Part shown: positions 1-10,795 of the stretch, piece after piece
Numbering within the stretch: the stretch's first letter is position 1
Layout of the letters: each line of letters opens with the position of its first letter
Source: an uncultured delta proteobacterium
Lineage (GTDB): Bacteria > Desulfobacterota > Binatia > UBA9968
Assembly (NCBI GenBank): GCA_963745835.1
Contig: CAVUZH010000018.1
Coordinates: 416,001-480,000 of the forward strand
Direction: 5' to 3'
Length of the DNA stretch: 64,000 nucleotides
Translations under genes and position numbers: made by a program
The notes under the pieces: generated by a model
The model's input: the letters and a program-made list of their open reading frames with translations, nothing else
Databases searched by the model: none
Told to the model about the DNA's origin: nothing

Positions 1-570
1 TACTACGACGAAGTGCAATTCAAAGACTGGACGCACGCCGAGACCGGCGCGGGCGTGCTCAAGGCGCAACATCCGGAGTTCGAGATGTGGAATCAAGGGA
101 TCCACGCGCGCTCGGGGGTCACTTGCGCCGATTGCCATATGCCTTACAAACGCGAAGGCGCGCTCAAGATCAGCGACCACCACGTGCGCAGCCCGGTGCT
201 CAACATCAACCGCGCCTGCCAGACCTGCCACAAGTGGCCCGAAGAAGAGCTCAAGGCGCGGATCGAGACGATTCAGGAGCGCACCTTTAAGATGCGCAAT
301 GTGGCGATGGATGCGCTGATGGATTTGATCAAGGATCTAAAAGCGGCGAAGGCAGCGGGTAAGACCGACAAGGAACTCGCAACGGCGCAGGACTTCCAGC
401 GCAAGGCGCAGTTCTATCTCGATTTCGTCGAGGCGGAAAACTCAACCGGCTTTCATGCGCCGCAAGAAGCCGCGCGGATCCTCGGCGAGTCGGTTGATTT
501 CTCCAGGAAAGGTCAGATCGCTTTGCGCGACGGCAAAAGCGTTGCGCGCGCTCCAAACGCTAAACCGTAA
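1..570 (+). CDS. nrfA: Ammonia-forming cytochrome c nitrite reductase catalytic subunit, 5'-truncated by window edge
   Basis: [11 protein letters not shown] motif, hemes CADCH and CQTCH, C-terminal [12 protein letters not shown]; frame is open from base 1. Confidence 0.92.
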   Translation, partial: YYDEVQFKDWTHAETGAGVLKAQHPEFEMWNQGIHARSGVTCADCHMPYKREGALKISDHHVRSPVLNINRACQTCHKWPEEELKARIETIQERTFKMRNVAMDALMDLIKDLKAAKAAGKTDKELATAQDFQRKAQFYLDFVEAENSTGFHAPQEAARILGESVDFSRKGQIALRDGKSVARAPNAKP

Positions 571-633
571 TCGGTATTCGTCTGCCGAGAGCCAAGCGTA
601 GTTCTGCCGAAACAGACCGTGTCGCAATCGGAT

Positions 634-716
634 GTTCGCCCTTCGAGAGCCTCAGGACCAAAGGAAAATACGCTGCGCAGAAAATTCCGTTAGAGGTGAG
701 GTTCTCGATCGCGAAC
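634..716. repeat. REP-like intergenic hairpin after nrfA
   Basis: GTTCGCCCTTCGAGAGCCTCA (634-654) is an imperfect inverted repeat of TGAGGTTCTCGATCGCGAAC (697-716). Confidence 0.55.
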
Positions 717-740
717 GGCCGAAAACTCCCAGCAATGCCC

Positions 741-760
741 TATTGGACCAAAGTCCAATT
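741..760 (+). promoter_or_regulatory. Palindromic box copy 1, upstream of the formate dehydrogenase operon
   Basis: TATTGGACCAAAGTCCAATT. Confidence 0.8.
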
Positions 761-954
761 CCTGATATCTTCCCGTTCTGATATTGCAATTACGAATCAA
801 GGCGATCTTGCCACTGCTGGGATCAACCGTTCGACAATCTGCGCATTTTGCTCCGTCATTGCCTGCGGCGATACGAAACCACCGCTGGACGGGCTCGATC
901 TGCTGCTAAATCACGGGGACCCCAAGAGGTCGGCTAGCCCGTGTAGAGGGAAAA

Positions 955-3900
955 ATGAAAACCGAACATGAAGATGAGAAAAGACCGGACGACGAAGAGG
1001 GCGCGGCCAACCCGGTCTCTCTAAAGTCGACACGCCGCCAGTTTCTTAAAGGATTGACAACCGGCACGGTGGCGATCGGCGCGTTGACGCAGTCCGGTTG
1101 CGCTCCGGCGATCCCGCCGCTCAAGACCCGCGGCGCAACGGAAACGAGGACGGTCTGCCCTTTTTGCGGCGTCGGCTGCGGTCAGGTCGTCGCGACGCGC
1201 GAGGGCAAGGTCATCAACATCGAGGGCGATCCCGCCCACCCGATCAGCGAAGGCACGTTGTGCAGCAAGGGAGCTTCGGCGATCCAGGTGGTGAACAACT
1301 CGCGGCGCTTGCAGAAGGTTCTCTACCGAGCTCCGGGCGCGAAAGCGTGGGAGGAAAAAAGTTGGGATTGGGCGCTGGAGCGGATCGCCGCGCGAGTCAA
1401 AGAAACCCGCGATAAAACGTTCAAGACGAATCAGTGAGAAGGGCGCGTGGTAAATCGCACCGAGGCGATTGCTTGTCTCGGCGGTTCGGCGCTGGACAAC
1501 GAGGAGGCTTATCTCCTCGTGAAACTGATGAGGGCGCTTGGCCTGGTGTACGTCGAACACCAGGCCCGGCTCTGACACAGCTCCTCGGTCGCCGGTCTGG
1601 CGGCCTCATTCGGCAGAGGGGCGATGACCAATCACTGGATCGACATGCTGAACGCCAACGTCGTCCTGATCATGGGCGGAAACCCGGCGGAAGATCACCC
1701 GATCGCGATGAACTGGCTGGCGCGCGCCAAGGAGCGCGGCACCTATATCCTGCACGTCGACCCGCGTTTCAATCGCACCAGCTCGATAGCGGACGTGTTC
1801 GCCAAACTGCGCTCGGGAACCGACATCGCTTTCGTCGGCGGCATGATCAACTACGCCATCGAGCATAACCGCATTCAGGAGGAGTCCGTGCGCGAGTACA
1901 CCAACGCCTCCTGGATCGTCGGCGACGGCTACAGCTTCACGGACGGGCTGTTTGCCGGCTACGATCCCAAAACCAGACGCTACGATAAATCCCAGTGGAC
2001 CTACGCGCAGGACGGGCAGGGACGGCCGCGGCGCGATCCCACGCTCAAACATCCCCGTTGCGTGTTTCAACTATTGAAGCAGCACTTCTCGCGCTACGAC
2101 GCCGACGCGGTGTGCCGGATCACGGGCACGCCGAAAGAAAACTACCTGCGGGTTTGCGATCTCTATACCGGGACCTATGCTCCCGACCGCGCCGGCACTT
2201 GGCTGTATGCCATGGGGACGGCGCAGCACAGCCACGGCACGCAGAACATTCGCTCTTACTCCATCCTGCAACTACTGCTCGGTAACATCGGGGTCGCCGG
2301 CGGCGGCGTCAACGCCATGCGCGGCGAATCCAACGTGCAGGGCTCCACGGATCAGGGGCTGAACTACGACGGCTTGCCTGGATACCTGCGGCTTCCGGTC
2401 GAGGCTGATGCAGATTTGAAAACCTATCTCTCACGGGTGACGCCGATCAGCCACGATCCTGGCAACAGCGCCAACTGGCTGCAGAACACGCCGAAGTATG
2501 TTGTGAGTTTGCTGAAGGCGTGGTGGGGAGAGCAGGCCAGCAGCGAGAATGAATTTGCTTTTAATTACCTGCCGAAGCTTGGCGCCGGATTTGAGGGACA
2601 GGGTTACGCTTTCCTCGCGCTTACCCACGCCATGCTGGCCGGCGAAGTGAAAGGACTTTTCTGCTTCGGTCAGAACCCAGCGGTGGGTGGCGCCAACGCG
2701 CGCTTGATACGCGCCGGACTGGACAAGCTCGATTGGATGGTGGTCGCCGACTTGTTCGAGCATGAGACCGCGAGCTTCTGGAAGCGGCCGGGCGCCGATC
2801 CGGCGCGGATCCCCACAGAAGTTTTCGTTCTACCCGCCACCTCCGGCGTCGAGAAAGAGGGCAGCATCGTCAACAGCGGCCGCTGGGTGCAGTGGCGCTA
2901 CCAGGCGATCAAGCCCATCGCCAATTGTCGCCCCGACCTCGATATCGTCGACGGCCTCGCCAAGGCCATGAAGCGCGCCTACGAAAAAGACGGAGTATTC
3001 CCGGAGCCAATCCGCCATCTCGCGTGGGACTATGGAGATCACGCGGATCCTCATCGAGTTGCCCGCGAATTGAACGGACGTTTCCTGGTCGACGTCACGG
3101 AAAAAGATGGCAAGACCTTCGCGGCCGGCAAGCAGGTGCCGGGCTTCACGCAACTGCGCGACGACGGCAGCACCATGTCGGGCAACTGGATTTATTGTGG
3201 CGGCTACACGGAAGAGGGCAACCTGGCCGCGCGCCGCGAGATGACCGATGCGCCGAACGGTATTCAGCTCTATCCGAACTGGGCCTGGGTGTGGCCGATG
3301 AATCGCCGCATTCTCTACAACCGCGCCTCGGTCAATCGTAAAGGGGAGCCGTTTAATCCACGCAAATGGGTGATCCGTTGGGACGCTGAAAATAAAAAAT
3401 GGGAAGGCGATGTTCCCGATGGCGCCATGCCGCCGGGCGAGACCAATCCCTTTATCATGCTGGCGTCCGGGGTTGGCCAGCTCTACTCGCCGGACCTGGC
3501 CGATGGTCCCTTTCCAGAGCATTACGAGCCGGTGGAGAGTCCGGTTAAAAATCCATTCTCAAAAATCCAGTCGAGTCCGTGCGCGCAGATTTGGCATTCC
3601 AGCGAATTCGATCGCTACGGCAAACCCGATGTTTTCCCGATCGTCGCCACGACCTATCGAGTTTCCGAACACTGGCAGACCGGCGCGATGAGCCGCAACA
3701 TGCCATGGCTCGCGGGCCTCGTTCCGAGCGCCTTCGTTGAAATCGGCTCGGCGTTGGCCAAGCGTGAAGGGATCAAGAACGGCGATCGCGTGATTGTGAG
3801 CAGCGCGCGAGGTTCCGTCGAGGTTTACGCGTCTGGTCACCGAACGCTTCCAACCGTTTTTTATCGAGGGACAGAATGTCGACGAGATCGGCCTGCCGTG

Positions 3901-4039
3901 GCATTGGGGCTATGCGGGCATCGTACCTGGCGACATCGTCAATGATCTCACCGCCAGCGTCGGCGATCCCAACTCGTACATTCCCGAGAGCAAGGTGTTC
4001 CTCTGCAATATCAAGAAAAAGGACCGCGCATCAGCTTAG
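955..4039 (+). CDS. fdnG: Selenocysteine-containing Mo/W-bisPGD formate dehydrogenase alpha subunit (FdnG/FdhA type), Tat-exported; extra in-frame TGA at 1435 and +1 frameshift near 3832
   Basis: Tat motif STRRQFLK; CPFCGVGC...C Fe-S motif; EHQARL-TGA(1573-1575)-HSSSVAGLAASFGRGAMTNHW matches the FdnG Sec site; MRGESNVQGSTD; after the shift the frame reads LVTERFQP...GLPWHWG...VGDPNSYIPESKVFLCNIKK to TAG 4037-4039. Confidence 0.9.
1573..1622 (+). promoter_or_regulatory. Bacterial SECIS element immediately 3' of the Sec UGA
   Basis: TGACACA GCTCCTC GGTCGCC GGTCT GGCGGCC TCATTCGGCA GAGGGGC: upper stem GGTCGCC/GGCGGCC with GGUCU apex, lower stem GCTCCTC/GAGGGGC. Confidence 0.8.
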
Positions 4040-4068
4040 CGCAGCCGGAAAGAATCGGAACAGATGAC

Positions 4069-4159
4069 TCACCACGAAGGACACAAAGATCACGAAGGGA
4101 AGAAGAAAGTTAATAAATCTCTTCTCCGAACTTCGTGTCCTTCGTACGCTTCGTGGTGA
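4069..4159. repeat. Hairpin with 9-bp periodic arms between the fdh alpha and beta genes
   Basis: TCAC-CACGAAGGA-CACAAAGAT-CACGAAG ... CTTCGTGTC-CTTCGTACG-CTTCGTGGTGA. Confidence 0.8.
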
Positions 4160-4204
4160 ATTCAGGCCCAGAAAATTTGCTGTAACACGAAAAAGGACGC
4201 GTAA

Positions 4205-5014
4205 ATGAGCACACCGACAGTGAAGCCGAAAGCGATGATTCAGGACAATACCCGGTGCATCGGCTGCCGGGCGTGCATGGTCGCGTGCAAATCGTGGAAC
4301 GACCGGCCGGAGGACAAGACCGATTTCTTCGCCGGCGAGGGTTACCAGAACCCGCGCGATCTCGACGCCAACAACTACAACCTGATTACTTTCAACGAGA
4401 TCGTTACCGGCGCCCAGCCCGATTGGGTATTCGGGCGCCAGCTGTGCATGCACTGCGAACAGCCAGCCTGCGCCTCGGCGTGCCCGACTAACGCGATGTT
4501 CAAAACGGATCTCGGCCCCGTCGTGTTCGACGAGTCGCGCTGCATCGGTTGCCGCGCATGCATGCAGGCATGCCCATTCATCATTCCGAAATATGACTAC
4601 GAGAGCTTCGCGCCGAAGATCCACAAATGCACCTTCTGCGCGGATCGCTTGGAAGTTGGACTCGAACCGGCATGCGCGAAGGTATGTCCGACAGGCGCGA
4701 TCACCTTCGGGGATCGCGACGATATGGTTGCCGAAGCGAAGCAGCGGATCGCGGCGGCCCCGGGGACTTACATTCCAGAGATTTACGGCCTCGAAGAAGT
4801 TGGCGGCACCAGCGTACTGCACCTGTCATCCGTGCCGTTCGAACAGATCGGTTACATTACCGGCTTGCCGAAAACGCCGATGCCGGACCTCACGCACCGA
4901 TGGCTGCGCGTCACGGCGCCGGTGTTTGCTGTGTTGTACGGGGTGTTTGGCGCGCTCAACTGGATCGTGCGCCGGCGCATGCGCAACCAAGGCCACGACG
5001 GAGAGCACACATGA
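4205..5014 (+). CDS. 4x[4Fe-4S] electron-transfer subunit (FdnH/HybA/NrfC family) with C-terminal membrane anchor
   Basis: CIGCRACMVAC, CMHCEQPACASACP, CIGCRACMQACP, CTFC...PACAKVCP; YGLEEVGGTSV; C-terminal TM helix. Confidence 0.9.
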   Translation: MSTPTVKPKAMIQDNTRCIGCRACMVACKSWNDRPEDKTDFFAGEGYQNPRDLDANNYNLITFNEIVTGAQPDWVFGRQLCMHCEQPACASACPTNAMFKTDLGPVVFDESRCIGCRACMQACPFIIPKYDYESFAPKIHKCTFCADRLEVGLEPACAKVCPTGAITFGDRDDMVAEAKQRIAAAPGTYIPEIYGLEEVGGTSVLHLSSVPFEQIGYITGLPKTPMPDLTHRWLRVTAPVFAVLYGVFGALNWIVRRRMRNQGHDGEHT

Positions 5015-6192
5015 ACTGGCGCATCCGGCTTACCTGGTGGGATAAATTGCTGCTGGTGATTATGGCGGTGGCAGCCATTGTCGGCTTTGTGCGGTTCGCG
5101 ACCGGCATAGGCACCATCGCCAATATCAACAATGCCTACCCATGGGGCTGGTGGGTCGGTTACGGCATCATGACGATGATCGCCATCGGAGGCGTCGGCT
5201 TCACGATGACGGCGCTCGTGGAGATCCTGGGCGTGCATCGCTACCACTCGTTCCTGCGTCCCGCCGTGCTCATGGGCCTACTCTGCTACATCAGCGCCAT
5301 CACCATGCTCATGGTGGAGCTTGGCCGGCCGTGGAAAGTTTGGCTGGTGCTGGTGTCCTGGGCGCCGACCTCGGCGCTGTACGAAGTCGGCTGGTGCGCG
5401 TTTTTGTATCTCACTGTGCTCGCTTTGGAATTCGCGCGGGTTCCGCTCGAGCAGGCTGGCTGGCAGCGCGCGTTTCGCATCGTGAGCGCGATTTACATTC
5501 CGATCATGCTCCTCGGCGTCACCCTCTCGCACCTGCATCAGTCCTCGCTCGGCACTTTGATGACTCTGATCCCGCACAAGGTGAACGAACTGTGGTGGTC
5601 GGATAATTTGCCATTGCTCTATCTCTTCTCCGCCATGATGGCCGGACCGGCAATGGCGATCCTCGAGCATCTTGCCGCGGCGCGTTGGCTCGGCTTCGAG
5701 CCGCGCATGAATCTGCTCGCCGGCCTCGCGCGCATCGAAGCCTGGCTCGTCGGCCTCTTCCTCGCCTTTCAGATGGGCGATCTTTTCTACCGCGGCGCCG
5801 CCGACGCGATGTTGAGCGCATCGTGGTTCGCCGTGTCTTTCTGGGTCGAAATCGGTTTGGGCTTGCTGCTGCCGCTCGCTCTGCTGCTGATGCCCGAGGT
5901 GCGCGAAAGCCGGCGCGGCCTCGCCACCGCGTGCAGCTTGATAATAGCCGGCGTATTACTGCACCGGCTGAACGTGGCCGTGATCGGTCTGCGCGTCCGG
6001 CACTGGGAAACCTACGTGCCTTCCATGGGAGAAATCGCAATCACATTGGGCATCACTGCGGCGGCCCTATTTGTCTTCGGCTGGCTGGCGCGCGTCCTGC
6101 CGATCCACGAAGAGTTGCCGCCGCCGCACACTGCTCGTCGTCTTTCTGCTCAACCAGCCGGCGTATTGCGAGGAGCCGAAGGAGTATCGTGA
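5011..6192 (+). CDS. NrfD/PsrC-family integral membrane subunit (HybB-like)
   Basis: ATGA overlap with the upstream gene; YPWGWW, ELGRPW, LSHLHQSSLG, RLNV motifs; about 10 TM helices. Confidence 0.88.
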   Translation: MNWRIRLTWWDKLLLVIMAVAAIVGFVRFATGIGTIANINNAYPWGWWVGYGIMTMIAIGGVGFTMTALVEILGVHRYHSFLRPAVLMGLLCYISAITMLMVELGRPWKVWLVLVSWAPTSALYEVGWCAFLYLTVLALEFARVPLEQAGWQRAFRIVSAIYIPIMLLGVTLSHLHQSSLGTLMTLIPHKVNELWWSDNLPLLYLFSAMMAGPAMAILEHLAAARWLGFEPRMNLLAGLARIEAWLVGLFLAFQMGDLFYRGAADAMLSASWFAVSFWVEIGLGLLLPLALLLMPEVRESRRGLATACSLIIAGVLLHRLNVAVIGLRVRHWETYVPSMGEIAITLGITAAALFVFGWLARVLPIHEELPPPHTARRLSAQPAGVLRGAEGVS

Positions 6193-6193
6193 C

Positions 6194-6774
6194 ATGACGA
6201 CGGAACGACCAGAATCCCGAAATTTAGGTTTTCGCGTCTTCGTGTTTCTGGCAGTGCTCGCCAACCTGATCCTCACCATCGCTCTGATCTCTCAGGTACG
6301 AGAGGTTCAGCAGCGGGTCGAGAACCTGCCGCCGGATCTAGCCAGCAAACGCGATGTCGCCGCGCTCCGCCCGCTGCAGGGTGCGCCAGATTCTGACGCA
6401 GAATTGCGTCGAGTGTCACAGCACGCGCCGACTTGGAACAACTGTCTCCATGGAGCCGGCGGAAATACAGCGCACCATCGAGCATTTGCCAAGCCACACG
6501 TCGGTTAACATCCCAAAAGAAGAAATGGAACGCATCACCGCTTCTCTTCTAATTGCCCGCTGCGCGCGGTGCCATGGCGAGGAGACGCTAAATCTTGATG
6601 GTGCTCAAGACGCCGCCCGAGCGCGTCGCGACAATCCGCCGGATGGCGGCGCTCCCCGGCTCGGGCGTGCGAGCGGATCAGGTACTCGCCACCGCGCAAG
6701 CGTTTGAGAAGATCATCGAGCGAGGCGATACAGATACTAACCGTCAGCAGTCGGCAGCTCAGGCGTCCCGTTAG
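6194..6774 (+). CDS. Membrane-anchored diheme c-type cytochrome (two +1 frameshifts near 6380 and 6597)
   Basis: N-terminal TM helix, CVECH and CARCH motifs, C-terminus MVLKTPPERVATIRRMAALPGSGVRADQVLATAQAFEKII, reconstructed across three frames. Confidence 0.72.
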
Positions 6775-6797
6775 TCAGAAGCTTTTTTAGACAGCGC

Positions 6798-7015
6798 TTG
6801 CCAAGCCACACGGCGATCAACATCGCGCAAGATCAATTGGAATCTATCAGGTTCCCTTCTGTTGCCCGCTGCGCGCGTTGCGGCGAGGACAGGCTAAATC
6901 TTATGATGCTCAAGACAGTGGCCGAGCGCATCGCGACAATCGCGCGGGCTCCCCGGCTCGGCGTGCGAGCGGATCAGGTACTCGCCACCGCGTGGGCTTT
7001 TGACAAACTGATTCA
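6798..7015 (+). pseudogene. Degenerate tandem copy of the 3' half of the diheme cytochrome gene
   Basis: Aligns by eye to about 6486-6718; the heme motif has lost its His codon (CARCH to CARCGE) and there are small deletions. Confidence 0.8.
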
Positions 7016-7243
7016 TGAAACGGGTGGCGGCGGAGCGAGTAGTGCGAACTTGAGCAGCTACATGATAAACAGTTGTGCTGCCAAATCACGGAGCGATAGT
7101 TCCTCATAAGCTCGGCCCCAGTGAAACTGAAGGCGCGGCGAGGTATTCGATCTCAATATCAATATCAATCTGAAGAAACGCTAGGCCGCGGCTCGATGTA
7201 TGAAACGAATGGATGCAATGTCAGGCAGAAAGGAGCCTTTCGC

Positions 7244-7900
7244 GTGAAGGCAATTATTTGTCTGATTGCCGCAGCATTGTTCAGCGCCTGCGCTACGGTT
7301 TCTCCGCGCGATGCGATGCAGGTAGATGTTGATCAAGCAGCGGCCATCATCGAACGGTTTGAGGCGATCCCGGAGAAAGAAATTCCGCCCGCCGTCATGC
7401 GCGGAGCCAGGGGTGTGGCGATTCTTACCGTCACAAGGGCCGGGTTTATTGGTAGTGCCAGGGGCGGTACTGGAGTTGTCGTTGCGCGGACGGAAAAAGG
7501 TTGGAGCGCCCCTTCCGCGATCGGTCTGGGGGGAGTTGGCGTCGGTTTTCAAGCTGGGGTCGAGATCACCGAATTCGTTATTGTCCTCAACACTCCGGCT
7601 GCTGTTGATGCATTTGCCAAGCAGGGCAACGTCATGCTTGGAGGCAACCTCAGTGCGGCGGCAGGCCCTCTAGGACGCACGGCCGAGGCCGGCGTAGCTT
7701 TGCAGGCAACGATGTACAGTTATAGCCGGAGTCAGGGACTATTTGCCGGCATTTCCCTCGAGGGTACCGTCCTAAATACGCGAGATGACGCGAACACCGC
7801 CTATTACGGCAAGCTAGTTACGGCGGGAGAGATTCTTAGCGGCGGAGTACAACCGCCTGCGGGCACGCGGAATTTACTGACCGCTTTATCCAAATATTGA
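7244..7900 (+). CDS. SYLF/Ysc84 lipid-binding domain lipoprotein, copy 1
   Basis: AGGAG RBS, GTG start, lipobox LFSAC; GWSAPSAI, GFQAG, YSYSRSQGLFAGISLEG, NTAYYG. Confidence 0.88.
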   Translation: MKAIICLIAAALFSACATVSPRDAMQVDVDQAAAIIERFEAIPEKEIPPAVMRGARGVAILTVTRAGFIGSARGGTGVVVARTEKGWSAPSAIGLGGVGVGFQAGVEITEFVIVLNTPAAVDAFAKQGNVMLGGNLSAAAGPLGRTAEAGVALQATMYSYSRSQGLFAGISLEGTVLNTRDDANTAYYGKLVTAGEILSGGVQPPAGTRNLLTALSKY

Positions 7901-8115
7901 GGCAAGCGGAATATGCGGTCTAGTTGCGAGGGAGCTCATCGAGCTCATGATGAGCATACCCTTCCGCATGTATCCCTACACGATTTTCAATGCTATAAGA
8001 GGGCTAATAGCCCGAGTAAGTTTCCAAGTGCCGCGCAGAGTCGACAGAAGCGCAGTATCAGGGGACTGAATCGAACGAATGGATGCAATGTCAGGCAGAA
8101 AGGAGCCTTATTAAC

Positions 8116-8776
8116 ATGAAGATAATTATTTCTGTGATCGCTGCAGCATTGTTGAGCGCGTGCGCTACGCAGCTTTCTACGCGCGAATCAATGCAGGCAG
8201 ATATTGATCAAGCAGCGGCCATCATTGAACGATTTGAGGCGATGCCGGAGAAAGCAATTCCACCCGTCGGTCATAAAGGCAGCCAGGGGTTTGGCGATTC
8301 TTACCGTCACAAGGGCCGGGTTTATTGGTAGTGCCAGGGGCGGTACTGGAGTTGTCGTTGCGCGGACGGAAAAAGGTTGGAGCGCCCCCTCGGCGATCGG
8401 TACGGGGGGAGTTGGCGTCGGTTTTCAAGCCGGGGTCGACGTCACCGAGTTCGTTATTGTCCTCAACACTCCGGCTGCTGTTGAGGCGTTTGCCAAGCAG
8501 GGCAACGCCACGCTTGGCGGCAACCTCAGTGCGGCGGCAGGTCCTGTCGGACGCTCTGCCGAGGCCGGCGTAGGTTTGCAGGCAGCGACGTACAGTTATA
8601 GCCGGAGTCAGGGACTATTTGCCGGCGTTTCCCTCGAGGGCACCGGCATCAGTACGCGAGATGAAGCCAACGCCGCGTATTACGGTAAGCCGGTTACGGC
8701 GGGAGAGATTCTTAGCGGCAAAGTACCGCCGCCTGCGGGCACGCGGAACTTAACGGCCGCTCTATCCAAATATTGA
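8116..8776 (+). CDS. SYLF/Ysc84 lipid-binding domain lipoprotein, copy 2 (+1 frameshift near 8268)
   Basis: Highly similar to copy 1, lipobox LLSAC, with duplicated leader and trailer DNA. Confidence 0.85.
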
Positions 8777-8920
8777 TGCAAGCGGGATCGTGCGGTGGGG
8801 TTGCGAGCGAGCTCATAATGAGCGCGTAAAGTGTCCCTTCCGCATGCATCCCTGCACGATTTCAATGCTATAAGCCGACTACATAGTCCGAGTAAATTTC
8901 CAACTGCTTGCTAGTGAGGG

Positions 8921-8990
8921 GCTGCCCGGCTCGGGCGTGCGGGCCGGATCAGGTACTCGCCACCGCGCAAGCGTTCGAGAAGCTGATTGA
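8921..8990 (+). repeat. Third copy of the diheme cytochrome gene 3' end
   Basis: gctgcccggctcgggcgtgcgggccggatcaggtactcgccaccgcgcaagcgttcgagaagctgatt compared with 6651-6716. Confidence 0.85.
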
Positions 8991-9253
8991 TGAGGGTGAC
9001 CCTGGCGGACGGAATAAATCTACGACTAGTTCAGCCGCGCCGATAGCAAAACCGTAGAAGTCGATAAGGAGCAATACCATGAATCGAAATCGATGTTTGC
9101 TGGGATTGCTGGATCAAAAGACTCGAAAACGCCCGTGATTGAGTACAGCGATGGTCAAAGGCATTGGCCTGTTTGGCGGGCGGATTTTGGCCGTGCTTTG
9201 CTCGCAGAGCGTGGAAATTATTATAGGCGCTCGTAAGGAACGAAGGGAAAACT

Positions 9254-10561
9254 ATGAACTCGTTCAAATTAGCGTCAGTCGCGATAAGCATCGCAAACCT
9301 ATGCGCATCTGTCGCTCTAGCGGGTGAGCCAGCAAGCATTAACTGGGATAGTGTTCCCACGAAAACGATCACTCTCTTCTATCCGGCACAATCCACTTAT
9401 CAATGGATACGCGGTTCTGCTCACCCGGGAGCAGCAGGCGTGAACGGTGAAGTCGCCTGTTTGACGTGCCACAAAGGAGCCGAAGAGAAACTTGGCAATA
9501 AGCTGGTCGCGGCAAACCCGTTGGAACCCACGCCTGTGGCCGGTAAAAACGGCGTCATCCAGCTAAATCTCCAAATCGCTTATGACAACGCGAACGCTTA
9601 TTTCCGCGCGCAGTGGAGGACCAGAAATCCGCATCCAGGCGAAGCCCATCAGTTTGTGCGCTTCGATGGCAAGGAATGGAAAACCTACGGTTTTCCCAAG
9701 CTGGATCGCGTTGTCCAAAAGGGCGAGCAGCCGGGAATTTATGAAGATCGTTTTTCGATCATAATCGATGACGGGGGAGTGCCGGCTTTTGCGAACCACG
9801 GTTGCTGGCTTACGTGCCATGATGGCCAACGGGATAATCCGAAACCTGCGAACAGAGCGCAAGTGGAGGCGAATCCATTGTATCAGGCGTTGAAACAGAG
9901 CGATGTCCGCAAATACCTGCCCTCGACGCGCACAGACGAGAACGCATCCTGGGATAAGGGCAAAAGCCCCGAGGAGATCGCCAAAATCAAAGCGGCCGGA
10001 GGCTTTCTCGAATTAATGCAGTGGCGCGCCCACCGCTCAAATCCCGTCGGCATGGCCGATGACGGCTATGTGCTCGAATATCGCTTGAGCGATGACGGCG
10101 GCAACCCGTTCGGATCCAATGTGGACCCAAAAACACATCAGCCGAGATTTATGTACGACGAGAAGAAGGTCGGGAAAAAGGCGCTCAGGGCAGAAGACAT
10201 CCGCAAGAACCCCACAGCACTCATCCGCGACCAGAACGCGGTGCCCTTTGATCCGAATGCCGGATGGAAGGATGGCGATCTCATTCCCGAGTACGTGCTC
10301 AACAGGGAAGGCGCCAAGGGGTCGGGAGCCGATAACAAAAACGTCAACGGCGTTTGGAATAACGGGATGTGGACTGTCGTGTGGTTGCGTCCGCTGCAAC
10401 TCACCAATCCGGACGACAAGGCTTTGGTTGAAGGAAAGGTCTACAACTTCTCCTTCGCGATTCATGACGACAACATTACGACTCGAGGACATCATGTATC
10501 ATTCCCGGTCACAGTCGGTTTCGGCGCGAAGGCCGATATCGAAGCGACCAAGCTCAAATGA
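9254..10561 (+). CDS. Periplasmic c-type cytochrome of the cytochrome c552 (P. stutzeri NirB-like) / EB_dh heme-binding family
   Basis: Signal peptide; WDSVPTKTITLFYP...CLTCH...LEPTPVAGK N-terminus; atypical CWLTCH (CX3CH); FAIHDD...RGHHVS C-terminus. Confidence 0.75.
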   Translation: MNSFKLASVAISIANLCASVALAGEPASINWDSVPTKTITLFYPAQSTYQWIRGSAHPGAAGVNGEVACLTCHKGAEEKLGNKLVAANPLEPTPVAGKNGVIQLNLQIAYDNANAYFRAQWRTRNPHPGEAHQFVRFDGKEWKTYGFPKLDRVVQKGEQPGIYEDRFSIIIDDGGVPAFANHGCWLTCHDGQRDNPKPANRAQVEANPLYQALKQSDVRKYLPSTRTDENASWDKGKSPEEIAKIKAAGGFLELMQWRAHRSNPVGMADDGYVLEYRLSDDGGNPFGSNVDPKTHQPRFMYDEKKVGKKALRAEDIRKNPTALIRDQNAVPFDPNAGWKDGDLIPEYVLNREGAKGSGADNKNVNGVWNNGMWTVVWLRPLQLTNPDDKALVEGKVYNFSFAIHDDNITTRGHHVSFPVTVGFGAKADIEATKLK

Positions 10562-10795
10562 GTGCTTGAGGGGTGTCGAGCGCTACACGCGTCCAGATTA
10601 ATGCGCACAAACCGTAGATTTAGGTACGAGTTTGCCGATGATCGAAGCGCTGCGCGTTCAAGCAGCAGCATGTGTTTGGGATGTACCGTAGCGATGGATT
10701 ATCCGACGATTAAAAACCAGTGGCATGAATTGCGCGCGCGGTTTGATTGAAGTTTGTCTTCGGGTACAGAACTACGATTCGAAGGAAATGAGCCA

